Part shown: piece after piece, positions 38,086-46,769 of the stretch
Layout: the number at the start of each line of letters is the position of its first letter
Numbering within the stretch: the first letter of the stretch is position 1
Assembly: GCA_014729725.1 (NCBI GenBank)
Contig: WJJL01000008.1
Span: forward strand, 1 to 50,676
DNA: 50,676 nucleotides
Source: Candidatus Moraniibacteriota bacterium
Lineage (GTDB): Bacteria > Patescibacteriota > Minisyncoccia > CAIUEV01 > JAHKAQ01
Direction of reading: 5' to 3'
Program-made: the position numbers and the translations under genes
Notes under the pieces: generated by a model
What the model was told of the DNA's origin: nothing
What the model saw: only the letters and a program-made list of their open reading frames with translations
Databases searched by the model: none

Positions 38086-39099
38086 ATGACAATTTTTGGG
38101 AAAAAAAATATAGGGATTGATTTGGGCACTGTTAATAGTTTGGTTTCAATTTCCGGAAAAGGGATAGTTTTGGATGAACCCTCGGTGGTTGCTTTATCGG
38201 TGGAAGACAATAAAATCTTAGCTATTGGTAAACAAGCCAAAGAAATGATTGGACGGACTCCCGATTTAATTTCGGCAGCTAGACCTATGAAAGACGGAGT
38301 GATTGCTGATTTTAGAATAACTGAGGCAATGCTTCGGTATTTTATTGATAAAACCAGCGGTAGAATAAGATTTTTCAAACCGGAAGTTGTTATTTCGATT
38401 CCTGCCGGTATAACTTCCACTGAGAAAAGGGCGGTAATTGATGCGGCTATAGAAGCTGGAGCTAAATCAGCCTTTGTGGTAAAAGAACCGATTTTGGCGG
38501 CAATCGGCGCCAACATCCCCATAGATTCCTGTTCGGGTAATATGATTGTGGATATCGGCGGAGGGACCACGGAAGTGGCCATGATTTCTTTGGGCGGTGT
38601 GGTTGCGGCCAACTCCGCAAGAGTAGGAGGAAACAAGATAGATGAAGCTATAAAAGAGTATATTAGAAAAAGGCATGCTCTTATTATTGGAGATTGGACT
38701 GCAGAGCAGGTGAAAATTAAAATCGGCAGTGCAATTGCTATGCAAAAGCCAAAATCCATGGAAATCAAGGGTAGAGATTTAATGGCAGGGCTTCCTAAGA
38801 TTATAAGTATTCAAACCAATGAAATCGTGGAAGCTATTACAGATGAATTAAGAGAAATAGTACTTGCCATAAAAAAAGTTCTCCAGCAGATCCCGCCTGA
38901 ATTGTCCGCAGATATAATTGATAAAGGCATGGTTTTATCCGGTGGAGGCTCAATGCTTAGAAACATTGATCAATTAATTTCTCGTTCAGTTGGGGTGCCT
39001 TGTTATCTGGCCGATGAACCTTTGCTTTGTGTATCTAAGGGGATAAATTTGGTTTTAGACAATCTGGAAATGTATAAAACCAGTATTATTACCAGATAA
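38086..39099 (+). CDS. mreB: Rod shape-determining protein MreB
   Basis: IGIDLGT.N, EPSVVA, RPMKDGVIADF, VDIGGGTTEVA, PPELSADI, LSGGG. Confidence 0.95.
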   Translation: MTIFGKKNIGIDLGTVNSLVSISGKGIVLDEPSVVALSVEDNKILAIGKQAKEMIGRTPDLISAARPMKDGVIADFRITEAMLRYFIDKTSGRIRFFKPEVVISIPAGITSTEKRAVIDAAIEAGAKSAFVVKEPILAAIGANIPIDSCSGNMIVDIGGGTTEVAMISLGGVVAANSARVGGNKIDEAIKEYIRKRHALIIGDWTAEQVKIKIGSAIAMQKPKSMEIKGRDLMAGLPKIISIQTNEIVEAITDELREIVLAIKKVLQQIPPELSADIIDKGMVLSGGGSMLRNIDQLISRSVGVPCYLADEPLLCVSKGINLVLDNLEMYKTSIITR

Positions 39100-39190
39100 A
39101 AGAAGCTTTTGGGATTACACTTTTAAAAGAATCCGGCCATATTGTCTTTAATTTTTACTTCTAGCTTTAATTTTAAAGAGACTTGCTTTT

Positions 39191-40339
39191 ATGATTATCG
39201 GAATAGATGCTTCAAGAGCTTTTATGAAAAATAAAACCGGCATTGGTCAATACGCTTTTGAATTATTGGAGGCTTTAATAAATAATAATGGATTGCTTTT
39301 GGATCACCAAATGATTGTTTTTGTTAAAAAAAATCAAAGGATTCCTGAAAAATTTAAAAATAAGCTTCCTGGAAATTGGAAGATCAAGAAAGTGCCTTCC
39401 CTGGCTTTTTTGTGGAGTCAGCTGGCATTGCCTTACAGTCTTTTGCAAAATAAACTAAATCTATTAATAATTCCAAGTCACGCTTTGCCTTTAATTTTTG
39501 CCTTTAATTTTTGTAAAAAGCTTTTTAAAGATATTAAAAAAGTTTATGTTCTACATGGTTTGGAAATTAAAAAAATCCCTTGGGCTTATGGGTTTGTGTC
39601 GAAAAAACTAAACGGTTATTTGATTAAAAATAGTATAAAAAACTCCGATTTAATGATATGTGTTTCTCAAACCACCAAAAAAGACGCGTACCGGTTTTTT
39701 AAATTTAACGCAAAAAGTCAGGTTATTTTTCAGGGGGCAAAACAAGGAAAAGTTCGGATTAAAAAAATTGAAAAAAAATACAAAAAGTTTAAAAACCAAG
39801 ATTATATTTTATCCATTGGGACTTTGGAAAAAAGAAAAAATATTGAAAATTTAATTTTGGCCTTTCAATTTCTAAAGCGAAAAAATAAAAATTTAAGACT
39901 TCTTTTGATTGGGCCTAAAGGTTATGGTTATAATGAAATTAAACGACGAATAAATGCTTTTAAGGGAGATGTTTTGGAATTAGGGTATGTTGAAGAAAAT
40001 GCTAAAAATTATCTGTTAAAGAATGCCAAGTGCCTTGCCTGTGTCAGTTGGGCAGAGGGCTTTGGAAGACCGGTTTTGGAGGCTTTAAAATTTAATGTTC
40101 CGGTAGTGGCTTCCAATATAGATGTTTTTAAGGAATTATTTAAGGATAAAGCAATTTTATGTGATCCCAATAATTATTTAGATATAGCCAAGAAAATTCA
40201 AATATGCTTGAATGAAAAAATAAGAAAAAAAATTGTTTTAAAGAATAAAAAAAAATTGATTTTAATTAAAAACAAGTTTGACTGGGATAAAATCGCCAAA
40301 AAAATGATAAAGGGATGGACCCATTTTGACAAACCGTGA
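39191..40339 (+). CDS. Glycosyltransferase family 4
   Basis: IGIDAS..TGIGQY, IGTLEKRKN, EGFGRPVLEA, PVVASN. Confidence 0.88.
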   Translation: MIIGIDASRAFMKNKTGIGQYAFELLEALINNNGLLLDHQMIVFVKKNQRIPEKFKNKLPGNWKIKKVPSLAFLWSQLALPYSLLQNKLNLLIIPSHALPLIFAFNFCKKLFKDIKKVYVLHGLEIKKIPWAYGFVSKKLNGYLIKNSIKNSDLMICVSQTTKKDAYRFFKFNAKSQVIFQGAKQGKVRIKKIEKKYKKFKNQDYILSIGTLEKRKNIENLILAFQFLKRKNKNLRLLLIGPKGYGYNEIKRRINAFKGDVLELGYVEENAKNYLLKNAKCLACVSWAEGFGRPVLEALKFNVPVVASNIDVFKELFKDKAILCDPNNYLDIAKKIQICLNEKIRKKIVLKNKKKLILIKNKFDWDKIAKKMIKGWTHFDKP

Positions 40340-40353
40340 TTTTGGTGTATTTT
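40326..40353 (+). promoter_or_regulatory. Putative sigma70 promoter for greA
   Basis: TTGACA-N16-TATTTT. Confidence 0.4.
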
Positions 40354-40518
40354 ATTTAAAATATAGGGGCTAAAAAGTTAGTAATTTTTTATTAACTATG
40401 GGTAGCGGTAATTTTTCCTTGTCTTTAGAAATAAGCTCAAGCAATAGCACTGCCCGATAAAATAGTGTCTAAATTCAAATAATTGAATCAGTTTTTATAA
40501 TTTATTAAGTATCACTCT

Positions 40519-41001
40519 ATGTCAGACGACAACAAAGTAAACAAATATCTTACCAAAGAAGGGTTGCAAAAAATCAAAAAAGAACTTGAGGAAAGAAAAG
40601 GTCCCATCAGAAGGGGTATAGCTCTGGCCATAAAGGAGGCGAAAGAACAGGGCGATTTAAGCGAAAATGCCGAATATGCGGAAGCCAAAGCCAGAGAGGT
40701 GGAAAACGAAAAAAGGATTTCGGAGCTGGAGTCCATTTTTAAAAACTCCGTAGTGGTTAAAAGAGACAGTAAAAGTAAAAAGGTGGGGATTGGCAGTGTG
40801 GTGCGACTTGTATCTGACAAAAACATTGAAAGAATTTTTTATATAGTGGGCAGCGATGAAGCTGATCCAACCCTAAATAAGATTTCCAATGAATCTCCGA
40901 TAGGCTCGGCTTTAATGCATAAAATGCCTGGAGATAAAATAAGCGTTGAGGTTCCGGGTGGTAATATTAATTACGAGATACTCAGTGTTGAAAACAAGTG
41001 A
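40519..41001 (+). CDS. greA: Transcription elongation factor GreA
   Basis: LTKEGL.KIKKEL, GDLSENAEY..AK, IVGSDEADP, ISNESPIG.AL. Confidence 0.96.
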   Translation: MSDDNKVNKYLTKEGLQKIKKELEERKGPIRRGIALAIKEAKEQGDLSENAEYAEAKAREVENEKRISELESIFKNSVVVKRDSKSKKVGIGSVVRLVSDKNIERIFYIVGSDEADPTLNKISNESPIGSALMHKMPGDKISVEVPGGNINYEILSVENK

Positions 41002-41055
41002 TTTCTCAAGGATGATTTATGAGAAAGGAATTACGCGTTTGATTTTTTTTAAAGA

Positions 41056-41102
41056 CTCGCGGTTTTTCAGATGCCCCCCCCTAAATATTGCGAGATTTTT
41101 TT
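41056..41102 (+). terminator. Terminator-like hairpin between greA and pyrH with a C8 run in its loop
   Basis: CTCGCGGT/ATTGCGAG stem followed by a T7 run. Confidence 0.45.
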
Positions 41103-41115
41103 ATAAATAAAATAA

Positions 41116-41802
41116 ATGGATAAAAAAATTGCTTTAATAAAATTTGGAGGATCGGTGATGACTCCCAATTTACCGGATAAAGACTACATTAAAAAATTTA
41201 TAGATTTTATTGAGCGACTTAGGGAGCAATACCGTCTCATTTTGGTCGCAGGAGGAGGGGGAATAAACAAAAAATACAATAAGCTAGCCAAACAGATCAA
41301 TCCAAAAATTTCTAATAAAAATCTTGACTGGATTGGGATTTACGCCACCAGATTAAACGCAAGAACGCTTATCAGTGTTTTTGGGGATCAATGTTATCCC
41401 AGGGTGATTTCTAATCCAATCCAAAAAATTGAATGGAAGCAGGATTTATTGGTCGGCGCCGGTTGGAAACCGGGCTGGTCCACCGATTATTGCTCCCTGC
41501 TTTTGGCGGATAATCTTAAAGCTGATAAAATAATTATTGCCACTAACACGGACTATGTTTTTGATAAGGACCCCAATGAATTTTTAGATGCCAAACCTTT
41601 GGAGAAAATCAGTTGGGATGATTTAAGATCAATGGTGGGGGACGAATGGACACCCAGAATGCATATTCCTCTTGATCCTTCAGCGATTAGATTCGGCCAA
41701 AAAAACAAATATCAAGTTATTAGTTTAAACGGCAGGAATTTGGAAAATATGGAAAAAGCGATTTTAGGTAAGGATTTTATCGGTACAGTTATCGGGACTT
41801 AA
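41116..41802 (+). CDS. pyrH: UMP kinase, archaeal-type
   Basis: IKFGGSV, VAGGG, LDWIGIYATRLNA, PGWSTD, TNTDYVFDKDP, P.DP.A. Confidence 0.88.
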   Translation: MDKKIALIKFGGSVMTPNLPDKDYIKKFIDFIERLREQYRLILVAGGGGINKKYNKLAKQINPKISNKNLDWIGIYATRLNARTLISVFGDQCYPRVISNPIQKIEWKQDLLVGAGWKPGWSTDYCSLLLADNLKADKIIIATNTDYVFDKDPNEFLDAKPLEKISWDDLRSMVGDEWTPRMHIPLDPSAIRFGQKNKYQVISLNGRNLENMEKAILGKDFIGTVIGT

Positions 41803-41825
41803 AATAAGATTTTATCGGTACAGTT
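41773..41825 (+). repeat. 18-bp perfect direct repeat spanning the pyrH stop codon
   Basis: GATTTTATCGGTACAGTT at 41773-41790 and 41808-41825. Confidence 0.9.
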
Positions 41826-41860
41826 TATTTTTAAAACTTTGGGGAGAATAATCAATTATT

Positions 41861-42085
41861 ATGATAACCACATTTGACGAAGCTGTAAGTTTAATTTTAA
41901 CCTGGTTTGGTTCCGCCTTGGGGTTTCTTGCTTTTTGTATTTTTATTCGGGCTGTTTTAGGTTATTATATTGCCGCGGCCGAGGAAACAAAGCTAAGAAA
42001 ATATAGAAAAATGATATATTATACGGGGCTTGTTTTTATTATTTCAATCGGTTTGGTTTATATGGGGTGGATTTTAAAGGGTTAA
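41861..42085 (+). CDS. Small two-TM protein, TrbC/VirB2 (T4SS) pilin-like
   Basis: TM1, short basic loop (YYIAAAEETKLRKYRKMI), TM2; topology and loop resemble VirB2-like pilins. Confidence 0.5.
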   Translation: MITTFDEAVSLILTWFGSALGFLAFCIFIRAVLGYYIAAAEETKLRKYRKMIYYTGLVFIISIGLVYMGWILKG

Positions 42086-42231
42086 AGTTTTTTCAAGGCC
42101 TTAAAAATCGCATAAACGGAAATTTTTAACTATTTTGAATTAAAAAATTAAAGTTAATTGATTATTGCCAAGTTTTTCTATTTGAGAAAAAATTTAATTC
42201 CCTAATTCAAAATAATTAATTAAATATTTAA

Positions 42232-43101
42232 ATGATTAAAAAAGCCATTATTCTAGTTGCCGGCTATGGAACAAGATTTTTGCCGGCCACTAAAAATATG
42301 CCCAAAGAAATGCTGCCGGTTGTTGATAAACCGGTTATTCAGTATTTAGTTGAGGAAGCTGTTCAAGCTGGAATTGAAGAGATTATTTTTGTTACAGGAA
42401 GAGGTAAAAGGTCGATAGAAGATCATTTTGATAAATCTTTTGAACTGGAATATAATTTGGTGGAAAAAAACAAGCAAAAAATGCTTGAGGATGTCAGAAA
42501 CATTTCTCATTTGGCTAAATTCGCTTATGTCAGGCAGCCAGAACCCAAAGGCGATGGAGACGCCTTATTGCGGGCCAGACATTTGGTTGGCGATGAACCG
42601 GTTGCGGTTTTATTCGGCGACGACATAATCGATTCCGAAGTTCCGGCTATAAAACAGCTTATGAAGGTATATGAAAAATATAAAGATCCGGTGATTTGTT
42701 TGGAGGAGGTTCCTTATGATAAAGTTGATCAATACGGAATAATTGGTGGTGTTGAACTTTCCCGCGATGTTTATGAAATTCAAAAATTTATCGAAAAGCC
42801 TGAAATTTCCAAAGCACCTTCCAATTTGGGGGTAGTGGGTAAATACATTATAACTCCAGAGGTTTTTGACTCTATATTAAAGGGAGATCCCTCCCAAGAT
42901 GGTGAATTAAGATTGGCTGACGGCTTTATTGAAATGTTAAAAACAAAACCTTTGTACGGTTGCAGATTTCAAGGAAAAAGATTTGATTGCGGCTCAAAAC
43001 TGGGCTTTTTGAAAGCAACTGTGGAATTCGGCCTAAAGCACGAGGAAACTAAAGGAAAATTTAGAGACTACCTTCAAGATTTATTCAAGGAAAAGTTTTA
43101 A
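42232..43101 (+). CDS. galU: UTP--glucose-1-phosphate uridylyltransferase (copy 2, canonical)
   Basis: AGYGTRFLPATKNMPKEMLPVVDKP, GRGKRSIEDHFD, VRQ.EPKG.GDA, EKP, RFDCGSKLG. Confidence 0.93.
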   Translation: MIKKAIILVAGYGTRFLPATKNMPKEMLPVVDKPVIQYLVEEAVQAGIEEIIFVTGRGKRSIEDHFDKSFELEYNLVEKNKQKMLEDVRNISHLAKFAYVRQPEPKGDGDALLRARHLVGDEPVAVLFGDDIIDSEVPAIKQLMKVYEKYKDPVICLEEVPYDKVDQYGIIGGVELSRDVYEIQKFIEKPEISKAPSNLGVVGKYIITPEVFDSILKGDPSQDGELRLADGFIEMLKTKPLYGCRFQGKRFDCGSKLGFLKATVEFGLKHEETKGKFRDYLQDLFKEKF

Positions 43102-43113
43102 GAGTTTTCTTTT

Positions 43114-43854
43114 ATGCAAGACAAAGCGACTGAAAAGCCAAAGATTATTTATCAAGATAAAGATATTATTGTAATAGATAAGCTCCAGGGGCTTCAAGTT
43201 CATTGGGATAATAAAAACAAATCCAATACTCTTGTTGACTGGCTGATTAAGGAATATCCCGGGATAAAAAAAGTAGGCGAGGATCCTCTGCGTCCAGGTA
43301 TTGTTCACCGGCTGGATAAAGATACCGGGGGATTAATGTTGTTGGTAAAGAATCAAAAAGCTTTTTTCTATTACAAAAATTTGTTTAAAAAACGCAAAGT
43401 AAAAAAAATTTATTGGACATTAGTTCATGGCAATATTTCTAAAGATAGCGGCTCAATCAAGGCTTCAATTGGAAATTCTTACAATAATACGGTTAAAAGA
43501 TCTTGCGCCGCTTATGCCAAAAATAAAAAAGAGGCTCTGACTTTTTACAAGGTTTTAAAAAGATTTAAACAAATTGAGTCCAAAAGCAAAGTTCATTATT
43601 ATTGCCTTTGCCAGGTTAACTTGAAAACCGGCAGGACACATCAAATCAGAGTTCATTTTCATCATTTAGGTCATCCGGTTGTGGGAGACAAACTTTATAA
43701 ATTTAAAAGAAAGAAAATTCCTGAAAATTTAAAAAATATTTTTCTGATTTCTAAAAAGCTGGAATTTCAAGACAGAAAAGGCGTTTCAAGATCTTTTGAG
43801 ATAAGGATTAGTGACGATTTGAAAGCGGTTTTAGAGTCTTTGGAGGAAAAATAA
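43114..43854 (+). CDS. RluA-family pseudouridine synthase (no S4 domain)
   Basis: RPGIVHRLDKDTGG, KTGRTHQIRVH, HPVVGDKLY. Confidence 0.92.
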   Translation: MQDKATEKPKIIYQDKDIIVIDKLQGLQVHWDNKNKSNTLVDWLIKEYPGIKKVGEDPLRPGIVHRLDKDTGGLMLLVKNQKAFFYYKNLFKKRKVKKIYWTLVHGNISKDSGSIKASIGNSYNNTVKRSCAAYAKNKKEALTFYKVLKRFKQIESKSKVHYYCLCQVNLKTGRTHQIRVHFHHLGHPVVGDKLYKFKRKKIPENLKNIFLISKKLEFQDRKGVSRSFEIRISDDLKAVLESLEEK

Positions 43855-43912
43855 TCGGTTTTGAATTTAAATATTCCATCAGAACAGAAACTTGAAAAAG
43901 TCGAGTTAAGAC

Positions 43913-43941
43913 TTGACAAAATTAGTTAAAAATGATAAATT
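43913..43941 (+). promoter_or_regulatory. Putative sigma70 promoter
   Basis: TTGACA-N17-TAAATT with extended -10 TG. Confidence 0.55.
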
Positions 43942-44029
43942 ATCAAGTTAAATAAAATTGTACATCAAGTTTTCAGTTTTCTTAATGATTAGTTCTAATG
44001 GCATGTTTAACCACTAAATAATCAATTTT

Positions 44030-45124
44030 ATGAAATCAGTAAAGTTTTTTTCTTCAATCAGCAAAGTTTTTAGAAACAACAAGCTTTCCAATTTTAAAAA
44101 GGCAGCTTTATTTTTCTTGATCTCAGCGATAGTACTGGTTGTTAATGCAAAATTTTCTCTAGCCAGCGCTTGTATTCAAGAACTCAGCGACACAGACAAA
44201 GCCGAAAAAATAAAAGCTGATCCAGCCAACAAAGATCTTAAAAGCGGTTGGGTGGATTGCGGCGACTGTAAAGTTTATGTTGATGATGACGCCAAAGGAA
44301 AAAAGGACGGAACCAAAGACCATCCTTTTAAAAGCATTCAAAAAGCTATTGATATAGCCAAACATCATGATTGCAAAAATGTTTTTATCAAAGAAGGTTA
44401 TTATAAACAAAACAATATTGAGCTTTGGGAGGACATTAAAATTACCAGCCCCGGAAGAGATAAAGTGATTATTGACGGTAATGATAAAGACGAAGATGTG
44501 ATAAAAATGTACGATGATACCAAATTACAGAATGTTACCATCAAGGGTGGAAAGAATGGAGTAGAAATAAAAGGCAATGCGAAAACTTTAATTTGGGATA
44601 GTATTATAAAAAACAACAAAAGGGATGGAGTAAACATTGAAAGATCCGAAGCTTCTTACGAGCATAAAGTTAATATTCATAAAACTAAAATTTATAATAA
44701 CGGTTGGAATGGAATTTTTAGCGAAAAAAAGAGATTTTATCTGGAAGACAACGAAATTTATAACAACGGGTGGGATGGTGTAGAATTTCAGCAAGGCTCC
44801 AAAGGTTCTATTAAGCGTACCACCTTTAAAGATAATGAAGGTCTTGGTCTTAGATTAACTATTGACAAAAGCAGTATTACCATCGATGACTGTACTTTTA
44901 AAGATAATGATAAAAGCGGTTTGGAAGTCAGAAGAAAAGATCAGGGAGGTTATCTTAAAATAAGAAACGAAACCAAATTTTATAAAAACGATAAATATGG
45001 AATTGTGAGACTGGTTGAAGAAGAGATTATCCAAAATAAGTGGGATGATTCAGTCAAAATTAATAGCGATACCAAGTTCTGGGATAATGATTACGGCGAC
45101 ATATCGCATTTGATAGAAGTTTAA
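44030..45124 (+). CDS. Secreted right-handed parallel beta-helix (pectin-lyase-like fold) protein
   Basis: Signal peptide; VYVD...DGT..HPFKSIQKAI, G.Y; repeated I.NN..(D/N)G(V/I) units. Confidence 0.8.
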   Translation: MKSVKFFSSISKVFRNNKLSNFKKAALFFLISAIVLVVNAKFSLASACIQELSDTDKAEKIKADPANKDLKSGWVDCGDCKVYVDDDAKGKKDGTKDHPFKSIQKAIDIAKHHDCKNVFIKEGYYKQNNIELWEDIKITSPGRDKVIIDGNDKDEDVIKMYDDTKLQNVTIKGGKNGVEIKGNAKTLIWDSIIKNNKRDGVNIERSEASYEHKVNIHKTKIYNNGWNGIFSEKKRFYLEDNEIYNNGWDGVEFQQGSKGSIKRTTFKDNEGLGLRLTIDKSSITIDDCTFKDNDKSGLEVRRKDQGGYLKIRNETKFYKNDKYGIVRLVEEEIIQNKWDDSVKINSDTKFWDNDYGDISHLIEV

Positions 45125-45265
45125 ATTTTTCTGTGACCGGCACAATAATGTTAGTAATTTCCTGGAATTGACTTTTTGAAAAATAAGAACCTGTCTCACC
45201 AGTCGCTAATAACAAGGATAAAACAATCTAGTATTCAATTGTTTAAGATTGAATTCATTAATAAG

Positions 45266-45297
45266 AGAGGGCCCTTTCAAGGGTCCTCTTGCTTTTT
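45266..45297 (+). terminator. Intrinsic terminator
   Basis: GAGGGCCCT-ttca-AGGGTCCTC followed by TTGCTTTTT. Confidence 0.7.
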
Positions 45298-45445
45298 AAA
45301 AAAAAATTTAAGATAATACAATTTAATAAACAAAGAAGTTTTCTTTTTTTAAACACTGAAGTTTAGAAAAACTCAAAAAAATAATAAGGAAAAAGGTCAA
45401 TGTTGCTCTTTTCTCTCGACTTTTTTAATTATTAAAAACAAACAA

Positions 45446-46660
45446 ATGTTTGATACAGGCAATACAGCGTTTATGCTGGTGGCAACCAGTTTGGTTATGC
45501 TTATGACCCCTGGCCTGGCTTTTTTTTACGGCGGTCTGGTGTCGAGAAAAAATGTGCTTACCATTATGGCTCAGAGCTTTATCTCCATGGGGGTAACTTC
45601 CGCCCTTTGGTTTATTGTGGGTTATTCACTGTGTTTTAGTGGCGATATTGGAGGGATAATCGGTAATTTAGACATGATGTTTTTAAAGGGGGTGGGGATT
45701 AATGATGTTTTAAGCAAGGACAATAACATACCCTTACTGGTTTTTGTAGCTTATCAGATGATGTTTGCTATAATCACGCCGGCTTTGATTACCGGAGCTT
45801 TCGCTAATAGAATAAGGTTTAAAGCTTACCTTATTTTCTTAATTTCCTGGCTGCTTTTAGTTTATTTTCCGATTTGTCACATGGCTTGGGGAGGTGGTTT
45901 GTTTCAGCAATGGGGAGTTATCGATTTTGCCGGAGGAACGGTAGTTCACTGTACCGCCGGTTTTGCCGCTTTGGCCGCGGTATTTTTTATCGGTAAAAGA
46001 AAAAAGATTGACGGTTATCACAGTGTGCCTTTAGTGGCTTTAGGAACCGCTTTGCTTTGGTTTGGTTGGTATGGTTTTAATGCCGGAAGCGAATTACAGG
46101 TGGATTCTATTACTGGTTTGGCTTTTATTAATACCGATATCGCTGCTTCGATTTCCGGGTTGACTTGGCTTTTAATGGCTTGGTTAAGGAAGAAAAAACC
46201 CAGTTTAATCGGTTATTTAACCGGGGCGGTGGCCGGTTTGGTGGCTATTACTCCGGCAGCCGGATTTGTATCTATTAAAAGCGCCTTTTTAATCGGAATT
46301 GCTTCAGGAGTGGTCTGTTATCTGGCGGTTTTATATAAGGAGAAAAAGGGCTGGGATGACGCTTTGGATGTTTGGGGAGTGCATGGTATAGGAGGCGCGG
46401 TTGGTGTGCTTATGTTGGGTTTATTGGCTTCGACCAAAGTCAATCCCGGGGGAGCAGACGGTTTGTTTTTTGGCGGTGGAGAATTTTTCGTTAAGGAGGT
46501 TCTTTCTCTGGTTATTGCTGCCACTTACGCTTTTATCTTTACTTATTTTATGTTATTTATAATCAGCAAAATCACTAAGGTAAAAACAAGTGAAGCCGAA
46601 GAGGAATTGGGACTTGATGAAAGCATTCATGGAGAAGAAGCTTATAAGGACATAGTTTAA
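45446..46660 (+). CDS. amtB: Ammonium transporter (Amt family)
   Basis: MTPGLAFFYGG, YQMMFAIITPALITGA, DFAGGTVVH, LWFGWYGFNAGS, DDALDVWGVHG (twin His intact). Confidence 0.95.
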   Translation: MFDTGNTAFMLVATSLVMLMTPGLAFFYGGLVSRKNVLTIMAQSFISMGVTSALWFIVGYSLCFSGDIGGIIGNLDMMFLKGVGINDVLSKDNNIPLLVFVAYQMMFAIITPALITGAFANRIRFKAYLIFLISWLLLVYFPICHMAWGGGLFQQWGVIDFAGGTVVHCTAGFAALAAVFFIGKRKKIDGYHSVPLVALGTALLWFGWYGFNAGSELQVDSITGLAFINTDIAASISGLTWLLMAWLRKKKPSLIGYLTGAVAGLVAITPAAGFVSIKSAFLIGIASGVVCYLAVLYKEKKGWDDALDVWGVHGIGGAVGVLMLGLLASTKVNPGGADGLFFGGGEFFVKEVLSLVIAATYAFIFTYFMLFIISKITKVKTSEAEEELGLDESIHGEEAYKDIV

Positions 46661-46685
46661 CCAAGTTCCACTGATTTTACAAAAA

Positions 46686-46723
46686 TAAAGTAAAAAATCC
46701 CTTTGAAGGGATTTTTTACTTTA
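46686..46723. terminator. Bidirectional terminator between amt and the nuclease gene
   Basis: Perfect 18-bp arms TAAAGTAAAAAATCCCTT-tg-AAGGGATTTTTTACTTTA. Confidence 0.85.
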
Positions 46724-46769
46724 GGCTAATGCTGATCTGGCAGCTTTACAAGATAGATAAGTAACAGTT

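Noticed and set aside
38064-38768. 234-aa minus-strand ORF opposite mreB, and the many other short antisense or alternate-frame ORFs inside lepA, rpsB, ftsA/Z, greA, amt, ahcY and others
   Set aside because: They are nested against well-conserved genes, have no recognisable motifs, and show the composition typical of shadow frames.
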